The notes under the pieces were generated by a model. It did no database searches and had not been told where the DNA came from. It was given only the letters and a program-made list of their open reading frames with translations. Shown piece by piece: positions 13,481 to 26,100 of a stretch of 64,000 nt of DNA. Both the position numbers and the translations under genes were made by a program. The stretch comes from Laetmonice hystrix. Taxonomy: Eukaryota. The stretch is from assembly GCA_965235115.1 (NCBI GenBank), contig OZ249440.1, forward strand, positions 32,924,001-32,988,000, read 5' to 3'. Each line of letters opens with the position of its first letter. Positions within the stretch are counted from its first letter, which is position 1.

Positions 13481-14226
13481 TTACATTTTTATTGCGTAAC
13501 CCGTCGATCATCCCCAACCGGGGAGACTCTACATACAATCCCACATACAAAACATTACATCATATAAGATGGTAAATGATAAATATATATAACACATATA
13601 AATGATATATTAATATACTATAATATAATATATAACAAGTATAAATAACATACTATTATATATAACTGTATAAATAACATAGTAATAATATATGACAACT
13701 GATAATAGATAATGACAATTGATAATACATTATAGATATATGGAGATACATTGGCCAAAATTCCATGGGTAGGCCTATTACTTATAGTCCTGCCTTATTA
13801 GGTGGAGACAACAAGGCCCACAAAGTCCTAGACCACGAGTTCCCTCCCACGACCCACATCCCTGTACAACCCCGCAAAAAGCCCGGGCAGACCACGCTGA
13901 CCCCGGTACCACCCTTAACCAACCCCTGGTCATATGACCCCCATGAACGTGGTCAAAGACGCTACGACGAAATATCCCCAGTGTCCTCAGGGAGGTATGG
14001 GGGAGTCGGGGCGGAGGTGGGACGTCTGGTCGCGGCGAGCCTTTGAAACGTAGAGAACGCTCGTGTAGTCTGAGGAGAGAGGGTACTGCGTCGACGGTTT
14101 TCCGTATTTATACCTCTCACCCAGGGTTCCCGGTTCCATTCTTCCGTTTCCTTCCTTCTGATATAACGTGAGATCCTGTCCGAGAACCAATATGGAGACC
14201 GGAAGAATCGACAGACGCCTCATACG
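13481..14226 (-). mobile_element. Possible antisense, 5'-truncated LINE tail within the BEL 3' UTR
   Basis: The minus strand starts with LSILPVS..QDLTLYQK, weakly like the CR1-type ORF2 tail. It ends in an AT-rich low-complexity tract and AATAAAAATGTAA. No TSD was seen. Confidence 0.3.
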
Positions 14227-14352
14227 CTATACTACAACATACTTTAGGTATTGTATAAGCATATAGTACCAATTAAAGTCTTCGTTTTGCCTACATAAAG
14301 GTACCCGACGTGTGGCGTCGAGTCCTTATTTGGTATTTCAAGGTGGGCGGAG

Positions 14353-15283
14353 TGTTGTAGCTGCAGTGCCGCTGCTACAAGTTCGTAAGGTCAAGGCCAT
14401 AGAGCCATTGGTCAATGATCGAGTGATTGCCGAAATCGGTAGCGTCGCCTGATCCTCAGTCAGACATGTGACCAAATGAATATTCATGAGGCCTAGTTAG
14501 TTGGTGTAGCGACGGCAACCAAGACGCCACTTGGCTGTCGGTCTCTGCAGGGTCAGGATGTGGGTAAAGGTGGGCCGTTTACAGTAGGAACGGACGTGTG
14601 CCCAGTGTCCAGGGACACTATTTGATTTATGTCACCCACAGTGAGTATTTATTTGACGTTATTGGCGACTCAGTGAAGTAACAAATTGGGGAAAATATCC
14701 CTTGTAGTTTAGTTTGGCATAGCCGTTTTGTGTAGTGCAGTGTAGGCCTACCCACACAGTTGCTGGTTGCACTCAACCATGTGTGCCGGCGTTTGTCTGG
14801 TTTACTCGTTGTGTTAATTTATTTTCATTTTCTTATTACTGTTTCATTTGCAGTCCTTCTGAGCCGCAGTCAATGTCATTTGGTTATAATTTACGCGTCG
14901 AGTCTTTTTTGGAGAGTCACAACTTGTAAGTGTTATTACTTAATGCGAATGTATAATTTCAGTCAATGTCTGCTGTAAAGTTCATGTCACCGTTTTATGT
15001 GTAATTTTCAGTCAATGTCTGCTGTAAAGTTCATGTCACCGTTTTATGTGTAATCTTCAGTCAATGTCTATTGTAAAGTTCATGTTACCGTTTTATCGTC
15101 TGGTAAAAGTTCATGTGACCGTTTATTGTGCTTCATTGTCTACCGTGTTGTCTTGTCTGTAATGTCTTGATGGTGACGTTGCTTGTTCCCCTTGTTTGCA
15201 GCTTCACCATTCCATGTGCGTGAAAAGTGACAATAAAAGGAAAAACGACAAAAACACCCGTTTGTTTTGACTCGACCGTAACA
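14353..15283 (+). repeat. 3' LTR of BEL/Pao element
   Basis: Direct repeat of 6824-7754; I spotted 3 substitutions by eye. Confidence 0.97.
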
Positions 15284-17539
15284 GGTAGTGTGGTCAAATC
15301 TGGGTGTTATTTGGAAACAAAAGTTTTTTAATGGCCAGATACTTGGAATCAAGAGCTAAAAGAATCTAGCTAGAGCAATTTTCTGATAAATGTGCTGTTT
15401 GTAAAACAGAGTGAAATTGGAACTAAAAATCAAAATACACGAGTTCCAACGTTTTCCATGGTATTTTTAAAGTAAGATTTCATTTGTTATGTGGTGTAGA
15501 TGACTAAAAGCCTTGCAGTGGCCAGTAACGTTCGTAAAAAAGAATTAGTGACGTTCGTTAAATTTTTAAACATTCTCTATGATGCCATAGCATGACCCAA
15601 GATGCGTCCTTCTGTCTGAAAACAGTTTTTTACTCTTATAAAGAATTGAGAACACAAATAAAACTTTAGACAACATCATTTACTTCGAATACTGTGTCAT
15701 TTTTGTTCCTTTCATTATGGTCATAATGCAGAATTTACCATTGAGACACTGATCTTTCTGAAAAATACATGTTATGGCATGAAATGTAAAAAAAAAAGCT
15801 GTTCAATATTCATAAAGGTTCTGACAAATTTATATACAGTATTTTCAATAATTATTACTCTTGAGGCGTGATAACACATAAGTGAATTATGTACAGATAT
15901 ACGGGACAAGAGTAACGTTCATAAATTAATAGAGCTTCATTTCTGCGACTTTTTATACCTTTACTACTGAGGATTCAAGTCTAAGATTTTCAGGATATTG
16001 AGAGGAGATGTTGTTTTACCTTTGAAAGGTATTGATATATTTTTAAGATTTTTTTCTAAATTACAGTGAAATTAGGAATATTGCATACTCCTGGTGACCA
16101 GCAGTTTTTTTATATACCACTTTTAATCTGAAATCAGAAAATCGTTTAGAATTTTCTCTAAGAAATATATTGGTTTGGACCTAATAGAAAAAAGTGTTAA
16201 AAAACTAGAATAAACCCCAAAATGAATAGGGAGTTAAAACTTTTCAGATTATTTGATCTAAAATCCGAAAGGGTAATTTATTTACGAACGTTACTTTCAT
16301 GCTGCTTACTCTTCCTTTACATGAAAGGAAAACCATGAAAAAAATATATCTTAACAGAAATATTTGGGGTATATATAGCCAAGATGTGTACAAACATAAA
16401 TCAGAGAGGAATTACCATAAAAGAGGGGGTCAAAAAATCACCCTCTGATACTCGAAATTGGGCGTAAATTTTGACTTTGGCTCATACAAGTATTCAATTG
16501 CATGTCATATTGTTCAGTTTGATATGTTTCACTCAGTATTGTATAGAGTATGCCTAAATAAAACTGTTGACCGAGCAGAGCGAGGAAAATTTTGGTCTTT
16601 TTTTAATTTTTGTAGCAGTTTCGGGCAGATTTCTTTTTTTATAAATCTGCTGTCTGTCAACAATCTATTTTTTTCACACACATTGCTAAAAAAAACTATT
16701 TTTTCACACACAACAAACTATTTTTGGGGGTCAACTTGGCAAACAACCTTTTTTTTTACGAAAAAACCATACCCCCCCAGCTCATAAATGGTCTGCCTGG
16801 TCTCTCAGGCCGACTTCGAATGGGAACTCGAGGGTCGAGTAGGTGTAGCACTGTAGGGGTATATGGGTCCTATTTTTTATGCCCGTGTCCCAGTGTCACA
16901 CGATGAGAAATTTGTCCATGTCCCATGTCACTTTTTAAAACGATTCAATCATGTCTCGTGTCACTTTTTAAGCTCCAGTCTAAGACTAAGACTGAGACTA
17001 AGACGGTAGCCCTACGTCGCACGTCGCTATTTAATAATTTTTATTGCAATTCTGGATGTCTCACGTCGAATTTTATCAGCCATTTGGGAGCTGTCACAAT
17101 GTCGCCCTTCATTTTACGACCGTGTCGGCGTGTCGAATTTTACCCATGTGTACCCCCACATGCCCTAGGTGTTGCAAGCTGAAACTTAAGCTGGTTCTCG
17201 GCTCACTCACTAGGGGGCTCTGGGGTGGACGCGAGTAGGAGCCGATAACGCCTGCCATCTTTGTACGCTCTGGCCGTACATCGTGGGGGGTCTGAGAGTG
17301 GTTGGTAATGACGTATTTCCGGGATTCCCATAGCCTGGTCCCCTGCCTACCAGACGCATTCACGTCATCAATATAGACATGGGGACCAGGATAGGATTCC
17401 CGGGCAACGCTCCCGTACGTGAGAACTGCATAGTGTGGGAGGAGTAAAGAGTCTCACGGCCAGCACCATTCGGAAAACCTCGGCCCAACTTCCGGTCACT
17501 TCGCTGTAGTTGTGCTCGGACACCCCTTGACGCATTAAT

Positions 17540-18298
17540 AGACAGGTTCTGCTATCCCGGTTCCGTCTCCGGCTCCGCACCGCGTCGCGTCATCAGAAAA
17601 TACCGTGACGTCATCGACACGCGCGTATTTGAAGCTGAGCCGTTCCCGGGTCCCGAGATAGATCGGCTCTGTCCCGTAAGTGTCTAACGGCGTAGGGTTT
17701 TCCTCGATTTCTTCTTTCCATGAGTTGACACAATGGATTTGAAGTGTCAAGTAGTTGGATTAATATTTGAAGACTTTAGTGAATCGGCTGTCCGCACATA
17801 TCTCGTGGTATTTTCAACTATTTTGGTCATAAAGTGATGTGCTGTTTTGCCTTCACTGCAGCTAGGCCCTGTCATCGCATGGCGCTCGCTAGGCACAATC
17901 TGTCAGAGCAGCCAACTCGACCAAAGTCAAATCACCCGCCATATTCACTCTTGTGTTTGTTGTTGTTATGTTGTTGTCAGGGCCGTAGCCTGCGGGGGGG
18001 GGGGCAGGGGGGCAGCTGCCCCCCTGGGTTTTTTCAGTTTTTTGTGTTTTTTTAACCCACACCCCGGGCCAGCTCGACCGGCGCAATGACGCGCCATCAC
18101 TTGGCAGGCCTACTGCCCCCCCCGCCCCCCACGCATTTGGGCCAGGCTACGGCCCTGGTTGTTATGGTAACCTGGCCACTTCCTATTACGCGGCGGCACC
18201 GGCGTAGCAGAACCAAAATACGACGTTCCGTCTCCGGCTCCGAGATCGGCATAGCCGATCCCGGAGCCGGAGACGGAACGGGATAGCAGAACCTGTCT
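17540..18298. mobile_element. Non-autonomous TIR element (PIF/Harbinger-ISL2EU-like termini)
   Basis: ~38-bp TIRs AGACAGGTTCTGCTATCCCG(G)TTCCGTCTCCGGCTCC, flanked by AAT on both sides. Confidence 0.8.
17978..18157. mobile_element. 180-bp hAT-like MITE nested in the 17540-18298 element
   Basis: 15-bp perfect TIR CAGGGCCGTAGCCTG; 8-bp flanks GTTGTTGT / GTTGTTAT (7 of 8 match). Confidence 0.8.
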
Positions 18299-18988
18299 AA
18301 TATACATGGATTCCAGGTATTGCCCCAGTGCGCAATGACACAAGACTGGCACAGGTAGTGAGATGCCGGCAGAAATTGAGTCCCCATAGTGGTTAGAGCG
18401 TCTAATAATGGTGTTAGTAAACTCATATAGACCAGGTATCATTATAAAGTTGTTGTTATGTTAACAACTTTGACCAAACATAGATCAATCGAATAAAATG
18501 ACCCGGCCACTTCGTGACAGCTCTGCAGGGCCGCACGGGTGGCTCCCGGTGGGGACAGCTAGGGCGGCCCGGCGGTCCGCGGGCTGGGAGTCGCCCTGGC
18601 TCATAATATTGAACAACTTTGAGTATGGATTTGCCGTATTATTTGCCTTGATTTGACTCGATCCAGCACAAGGGTGTTCAACATAACGCTTAACATGAGA
18701 GTCAAGTCGTCAAAATGAACCGTCACAATCCCGTAAAATGAAAATTATCCATCCCACCCAGCCCAACCCCATTCGTCATTCTAAGTTTTGACAAAATTCG
18801 GACAGGATTTTAGTCTACCCCCGACCCTGTTCATGGGTCGGCCGTGAACGAGTTGGGAGTGTTTTAGACAGCGTCGACTGTCGTCCCGATGACTAGTGAG
18901 CTGTCGAGCCAAAGCGGGACGGTTAACATAGTCATAGGCTATGTTGACAATTTTGTGGGGTTGCACAGGGTTTCAGACTACAGCCCAG

Positions 18989-21900
18989 GGCCCGGTTTTT
19001 AGTTCGCCACTCTGAATCTTAAGATTTAAGACTAGTCTTAAATCTTATCTAAGACCAATCTTAAAATCCGGTTCGAAGTTCTTCATTCTGCCCAGTCTTA
19101 ATAAAGATTAAGACTGACCAACACAAAACGTTACTGATACCTCCTGGAAACGGAAATGCATCACTGATATTAACTCTCATGTGCCATTGAATCGAAAATG
19201 CTGACTTTAGTGCCATCTATCAGCTCAAGATGGTACCAGTAGACGATATTACGATATAGCTAGACGATGAAACAAGTGATTTAGCTTGTGTAGTAGGCCC
19301 AACTCCACACCTTGAATAGGCGGGCTACTGCCTAGCTTGGTTCCCGCCTCCCGTGTAGGTGGCGCTAGGCGCGCACGGTAGGCTAGGCACAAAGGTTGAC
19401 GTCATCGCTCGTCCGGAAGTAAACAAAAGCACGTGGACTGGTGGAGTCGATCTAGCGGTACCGATCTAGCTGTTGGAATCACGCCAGAAATGGCAAGTTT
19501 TTGTTGGAGTGGTAGGCCTATATGGCCCGTAATAATTTGATTTTACATCTCATATCACCTATGGCTATATTACAGCTCCCATCATCTCTCCTCGTCCCCC
19601 ACTACCTGGACGCTTCCGAGTGCTTGTACCACTGCGGCCAGTGCTGGTTATACCTGCCTGGCATCACGTCACTTGAGCCCGCCACAAATGATCCCGGGAG
19701 GCCGCCGAGCCTGCCCGGGGCTGTGCCCGGGGTAAGCGAGGGAGCGGTGGCCAGTGGCTCGCTTACTCGCTCAAACTGCCGCCGGCCCGCCAGCCGCTCG
19801 CTCGCTCGCTCGCTGCCGGGGCTTGTTGTAGTTGTAGGGGGCCTGGGCCGGTCCATATGTCGCGATCCAGTAAAATTTTAGAGGAATTCAAACATGAAAC
19901 GAACCCATCAGACTACCCCTCAATCGACCTATTATCGCCCAATGGGGGTCACCCGATACTTCTCGTTTTCTTTACAATTCCTCCCATTAACTCTCAAACC
20001 ATGACCTTAAGGTTGAATCGGTGAAGTGTATAAACATTTTAACAACGTTCTAACAGTTAATTATAAATAATAAACTGTTAGTGCTACTTATTTTCTCTTT
20101 TTTCCGCGCACACGATCGCCTTTTCTGCCCGCACAGGCTCACGTGGTTTGCTTACATCTGAGCGCAAAGGATTGTGGGTGATGACGTAAACCTTTTTGCA
20201 AGACCTACACCAGTAGGTCACGGAACAAGGCTAGCTACTGCCCCTCATCTCATCCCCATTAGCCCCCTAATTACAATTAATAAATAGGCCTACCTGCATC
20301 AAAGTGTATGATGATAACAGTAGTCCAGTTCAAATGTATTATCTTGCAAGATGTTATTATTTTGTCATGTCATGACTCATGGCTGAGTTTGATCCCGATG
20401 GTCATATGGACATAGCATAGCCGGGCATAGCAGTCAGATTCCGCAGTGCTAGCAGCAGACACGTGATGTTTGTACAGAAACTGGACATCTGCTATGGTTC
20501 TAACTTATAAAGCATCATCTCAGGTAGAGGGACAGAAAGATTTAACCCAATCGCACAGTTCCCTATTGAGAAAACATCACGTTTTCAGGAGACTTTTTGT
20601 GACAAGTTTTGACAGCTGTGACCCGGATGATAAACATGAGGTCAACATCTTGGCAGTGACGTTGACAGTTCTGTGACGACTGACAAATGCGCCTATATAT
20701 ATGACGTTTTGACCCAGAAACATACAAAAACGGCAAATTTCGATCTCGCACTCTGCTGGTGCTAACGGTTACAGCTAAAGATGATTGCAGTAGATCTACC
20801 AATCTATCGGGAATTTAGTTTTGAAACCTGTGTTAATTACGTGTCAAGTGGAATACCATGACAGCAGTGACGCATTTAGGGTAGGCTAGATCTACTGACA
20901 CAGCGTCGAGGGGAATGAAGAATTTCGGCAAGTTTCTCCCTTCACACGCTGCAGCTTTGCTAACTACTTATTTATAGAATGTCTAGATCTACAGATTAGA
21001 CAGGCGACAGATGGTAAATTACGTAACTTCGTAAGTCTAACGTGTTACGGTTTACAATGGTGTTTGTTTAAATATTAAAGTCATGTTTTTGGGGGACACG
21101 GTGAGAAGACTTGCCACTTGGAGATAGAGGGATATTGCAATCTTGGACGTGGGAGCACGGTATGCAGCCTTCATTCGCCGACAGATTTTCCAACTAGTTT
21201 TGGGGATTGATCAACTATTTTCCGACCCTAGACCGAGGCCGACATCTTTGCCGTCGACCGAACCCCAAAACACGCCAGAGAAGCCTGTCAGCACACAGTT
21301 ATTCTGCCATTTAGCTGAATCTTAATTCTCTAAATTTTCTAAGTGTCCTCCTTCCCAGTCTTAGAAAAAATGGTCAATCTTAAAGACAGGCCTCAGTCGT
21401 TCTAGTTATAATTGTGCTCCAATCCTGAGAGCATGTACTATTTTTGTGGCAATTTTCAATATTTTATTTAATTGCGTTTCCGTGTGACACTGCATTTTCT
21501 ACCCGTAACCAAGCAAAAGTGACAGGGCCTCGACTGAAACGCCATCTGGTGGATGTCATGGCCCATTACGTCACAACAGGAACACGCCCACTGAACTGTC
21601 ACAGACCACCGTCCATTATAAGCCTATCGCCTGGCACACAGCCAGTCGAGAAAGTGATAAGTATAGTGAGTTAGGTCCCGTTTTTAGTGAGGAGACGGAT
21701 GTTCTCAACTGAAAATTGATGAATGTTGACTTCCATTGGAAATATATAGGCCTACGGAGGCTACGGCAGGCTGCAGCCTGAATTTTTATCAGTGCGGGAG
21801 TGCAGCACTGACACACGCAATGGCGACTCCAACAGTAAACTGAGTGACAGTGGGACAGTGCTTGTGTCGAGTCTTGAGCTCCCCTTGCTTATACTGGTTA

Positions 21901-23080
21901 TAATCATTATACGGAAGCCGTGTATCCTCTCATCTATAAGTATAAGGTCAGTGCATGAAACCGATCAAAAATTTAACTGGCCCAGGTGGCCCTAAGCTTT
22001 ATCCCGGCTATGTTTTGTTGCAGGTCGCAACACGCCAATTCGAAACCCCACGATACAAAAAGTCAAAAGTAAAAACACTCCTAAACACCACAGCCTAGGC
22101 CTACATACCGGATTAAAACTCCACACTAGTAAACAAATACCGCTTAATATCTAGTAAACTTTATTCGAATTGTCCGAAACATATAAATGTTTCTGTATAG
22201 ATCTAGGCCTCGGCTTTCCTAGACCCCTCTCCGATGTAGGCCTAGCGAAAGCCACGCTATGCACGGCCTGGCTACTGACGGCCAACCGGGCTGCAGTGCT
22301 GGTAGGCTGACGCTCTGTCAAAGCTTCGCGTTCAATCACATAGGCGGGGCGAGACAGCATCATTTTCTTCTTCTTTTTTAATATTTACTGAAATTACTCT
22401 TCAAAAACCTCCATGTCCGTGCTGCCCACATTTCTCTAGACTAGTCCGAGTGATGACGTGCTTCCACTGTCAACTAGTCTAGAGTAAGTCTAGTACTACT
22501 ACTAACACTACCAGTACCAGTCAGATTCAGGCTAAGCCTAAGGATAGGCCAGCTTCGGACTGTGCACTTGCTTGGGCAAAAGTTACAGAATAATTCCACC
22601 CTAAGACCTAAGTTTTTCCGAAGCCTGTGGCAGCTTGTTTATCATTATAGCTGACTTTGAGTTTTACCAGAAGAAAATAGATTATTCACAAGCACGCGTA
22701 AAATCTGCTTTGCTGTGGCTGACAATGCCTCTCTACGCCTAGGCCTAGCCCGACGTGTTCCTGTTGTGTCGTCACAACTCTCGTTTCTAAGCATCCCCAG
22801 CCAGAACTGGCAGAAGTAGGCCCTCTATTATACAGTGGTCTGACACAAATAACAATGCAGTCCACAGATACGAGCGTTTGGATTATGATTTTTGAAACAT
22901 AAATCTTTGACATAGTAACAACAAGGAGAGTTTTAAAGAAATCACTGAGGCTACGCTTTAAGACTCAGTCTTAAGATTTGAGTGTCATTTGGAAACTAAA
23001 AACCGGACTAGTCTTAATCTTATCCCAATCTTAAGATCTCAGTCTTAAGATTGGTAAAATGACAAACTAAAAACCGGGGC
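18989..23080 (-). mobile_element. ~4.1-kb PIF/Harbinger-like transposon relic
   Basis: TIRs GGCCCGGTTTTTAGTT / AACTAAAAACCGGGGC with CWG flanks (CAG / CTG). Clusters of TCTTAAGA/AGTCTTAA subterminal motifs at both ends. A faint HARBI1-like peptide lies on the minus strand at ~20450-20800. Confidence 0.7.
19333..20233. mobile_element. 901-bp non-autonomous element with TAG...CTA ends (AcademH-like)
   Basis: Perfect 9-bp TSD GCTACTGCC (19324-19332, 20234-20242). Imperfect TIR TAGCTTGGTTCC / GGAACAAGGCTA. Mirrored subterminal AAAGGTTGACGTCATC / GATGACGTAAACCTTT. Confidence 0.8.
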
Positions 23081-23169
23081 CTGGGGCATGCTCTTCCAGA
23101 AACAAATTAAATCTAGTCCTATATAGCGCTATAGGGTAGACGGTAGACAGCCGTGGACAGGTTGCCCAC

Positions 23170-26100
23170 TGCTGAGTACTGTACTGTACTGACTCATGAA
23201 CGCTGTCATGACTATCTCACCGCTTCATGAACAGGGACATTACTAGGTTACCATTTCACGTTGGTTTTACTTTCATGACGATGTGTGCATCGTCCGCTGT
23301 ACCATCTCGATTATAAAGTTGATTTTGAAGTTTGAAACAGTGTTCGAGGAGTTTCTTCATGCACACATCGTCATCCCTCCCATGGACCTACGACAGACGG
23401 GATCGTGGCAGTCAGCGTTGTGACAAGTTGTGGTAGGATGATATAGCCTGCTCTGCCATTGGCGCTACCGCCAGTGGGGCACCGCCCGAGTCGATTCACG
23501 ACACACAGACTTGACACTTACAGTCACATTATTTGTCGTTCATAATCATGGTTAGGGTGGCTTGTTCGGTCCCTGACTGCGAGTTCCGGACCGAGGATGT
23601 CTCGGAGGCGCCGACGATCGCCCTCCTCGCCAACCATGGTTTAGCCCATCCTGGCCCACCCCCCGCCTTCGCCGGGCCCCAGCCGGCACCTGCGCCTCGT
23701 GGCCTGAGTCTCGAGCGGCCCAAAGTCGACGTTGGCATGTCCACTGAGTGGTGGAATGTGTTCGTCCCCCAGTGGGACGTGTTCCGCAGTGGGTCGGGCA
23801 TTGACAACGCTTCAGCACCAGCCCAACTGTTCCAGTGTGCGGGGCCGGAGCTCAGCGACAGCATCCTGAAAACCAACCCCGACGCTGAGACTGGACCGCT
23901 TCCGGCCCTGCTTGCGGCCATGCGCTCCCTGGCAGTCATCCCAGTCGCACCCGGTGTCCTGCGCACTGAGCTTCTGCAGCTCCGACAGGCGCGTGATGAA
24001 GCGGCTCGCGCTTTTGCGGCCAGGGTGCGGGGAAAGGCCGAGACGTGTGCCTTTACCACCAATTGTGAGTGCGGTAAGAGTGTCGACTACACTGGTCACG
24101 TCATACGTGATGTCCTCCTCAACGGGATCGCTGACCCGGACATCCGGCGAGAGGTCCTGGGGTCGGGAGACGTTCTGACGACCCCGGTTAACGATGTGGT
24201 CTCCCTGGTGGAGAGCAAGGAGATGGCACGTGATGCCCTCCCCTCGTCGACCTTGTCTGCCGTGTCATCATTCCGACGCCAACAGCACCAGCCTCCGGCT
24301 GCCAGTGCGCCGCTGCCCCCCCTAACCGATCGGTCCAAGGAAGCCGCCTGGAACACTACACCTCATCAGGTCTGCATCGGCTGTTACCGGATCCGTCGCC
24401 GCTGCCGACCCCCCTACCGGCCGTCCAGGAGCCTGCCCAGTTTTCCCAGGTCGCGGCGTCGCACCCTGTCCCCGCCCGTCGACCTGGGCGGCACCGCCGG
24501 CGGCACCATGGACGCCGCCCTGCTATGCACGGCGTCGTTGATAGACACTCACCTAAGATACTTGACCACCACATCTTCACTAAGGGCGAGTGGAGATGGG
24601 CACGCCTCCGGCCCCACCCTAGGGTACCGTCTCAGCTGATCCTGCGGCTCCGTCACAGCGTGGCTGCCCTGCTACCCGGTCACCAGTTCACGCCGACTTA
24701 TGGTCGCTGTCGGACTTCCTGGCACGCGGGTTTTCACACGAGGACCCGACGCCTGTCAGCCTTGGCCTGTCAGCTGCCAACCGTTCCCCTATTTCCACTG
24801 AGGCGGCCTTCTTTGCTGAGCTGAGCGCCCACTCCCGCAGCGGCGAGAGGGCATCGTGCCGTTCCATGGTGTATGTGAGCAGCTCGGTGCACGTCATGTA
24901 CCTGTCATTTGACACACTGGTCAGCCTGGGCGCCATCTCGCCTGACTTCCCTTCGTTCGGCGCTGCTAAGGAGGGGCCCCACACCGAGGGCCGGACAGTT
25001 TCTGACACGTCGTGCGAGTTGCTGTCCATTGCGCCAACCAAGTCTGGGAACGACGGTTGCCCTGAGTCGAGTGCCCCTGGGGGCGCATCATGTGCCTGCC
25101 CCCAACGTGACGTGGCGCGATGCGCGCCCGCCTGAACTCCCGTTCCCCTGCACACCAGACAACAACGGGCGCACGAAGGCGTGGTTACTTGACCATTATG
25201 CCTCCTCTACATTCAACACATGCCCCCACCGCGCACTGCCCTGCATAGAGGGGCCCCCTGTTGAGATCCATATCGACCCATCTGCCACTCAACAAGTTCT
25301 GTCAACGGGAGACATTTGCCATGGAGCCGCCCTTCCATCTCGCACATGGAAGACGGTCACGGATGCGTGGAACGGCTACCACAGTGTCCCTCTGCGTCAC
25401 CGGACCACGTTCATCACGCCGTTTGGTCGCTGGCATTACACTCGGGCCCCACAAGGATTCCTCTCTTCTGGTGATGGGTACAACCGCCGCTTTGACGCCG
25501 TCCTGTCAAATTTCGAGCGCAAAGAGCGCTGCGTGGATGACACCATCCACTACGACTCCGACCTGGAGGGGCACTGGTGGTCCTCGGTTATCCGAGGAGA
25601 GCTAAATCACTCCCCTAGAAATCGTTCCCGTCCCACGTTTGGGTATTTCCAGGTAAACTCAGGGTAGTTTATAAGGTTTGGCATAGGCTAAAGAGGTCCT
25701 GGGAGCCGTCTAGGAAATGATCGACTCAGTAATGACTGGGGGACAAGGAGGAGACAGAGAGCGTTTTTGAGGTTGCCTCAGACATGGCTGAGGGTTCACA
25801 TCAGTCAGTGAAGTTGAGGGGCGTGATAAACAGCGCTTCTGAAACAGATTTTGCAGGCGCTTAGGGGTGCAAGCGCGATCGCACCCGTCGAACGGCAAGG
25901 CCTGGGCCAGGCTGGGATTGTGCTGAACCCGGACAAATTCCAGTTTGCGGAGAGGTGCGTGGACTTCGCCGGCTTCCGGGTGTCGACCATTGAACCGCTC
26001 CCTAAATATCTCGACGCGATCAGGGACTTCCCTTCCCCAGCGTCCACTACCGATGTTAGGAGCTGGTTTGGCCTGGTCAACCAGGTTGCGAATTACGCTC

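Larger units (their letters stand above)
6824..15283 (+). mobile_element. BEL/Pao LTR retrotransposon with both LTRs and a defective coding region
   Basis: Two 931-bp TG...CA LTRs, 5-bp TSD GGTAG (6819-6823 and 15284-15288), PPT-like AGGTGGGCGGAG before the 3' LTR, and BEL-type gag-pol motifs. Confidence 0.97.
1..16483 (+). mobile_element. Sola2-like DNA transposon; left end lies upstream of the window; interrupted by LINE and BEL insertions
   Basis: Contains the transposase above. The AT-rich 3' region resumes after the BEL TSD. Recurrent (A)ACGTTCGTAAA-like motifs occur at ~5785, ~15527, ~15551, ~15914 and inverted at ~16281. A candidate right terminus ...GACTTTGGCTC at 16483 reads 5'-GAG on the minus strand. 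No matching left TIR is visible in the window. Confidence 0.55.

Noticed and set aside
16500..17520. Several MITE-like fragments with degenerate inverted ends
   Set aside because: The TIRs are too decayed and no TSD is available to support boundaries.
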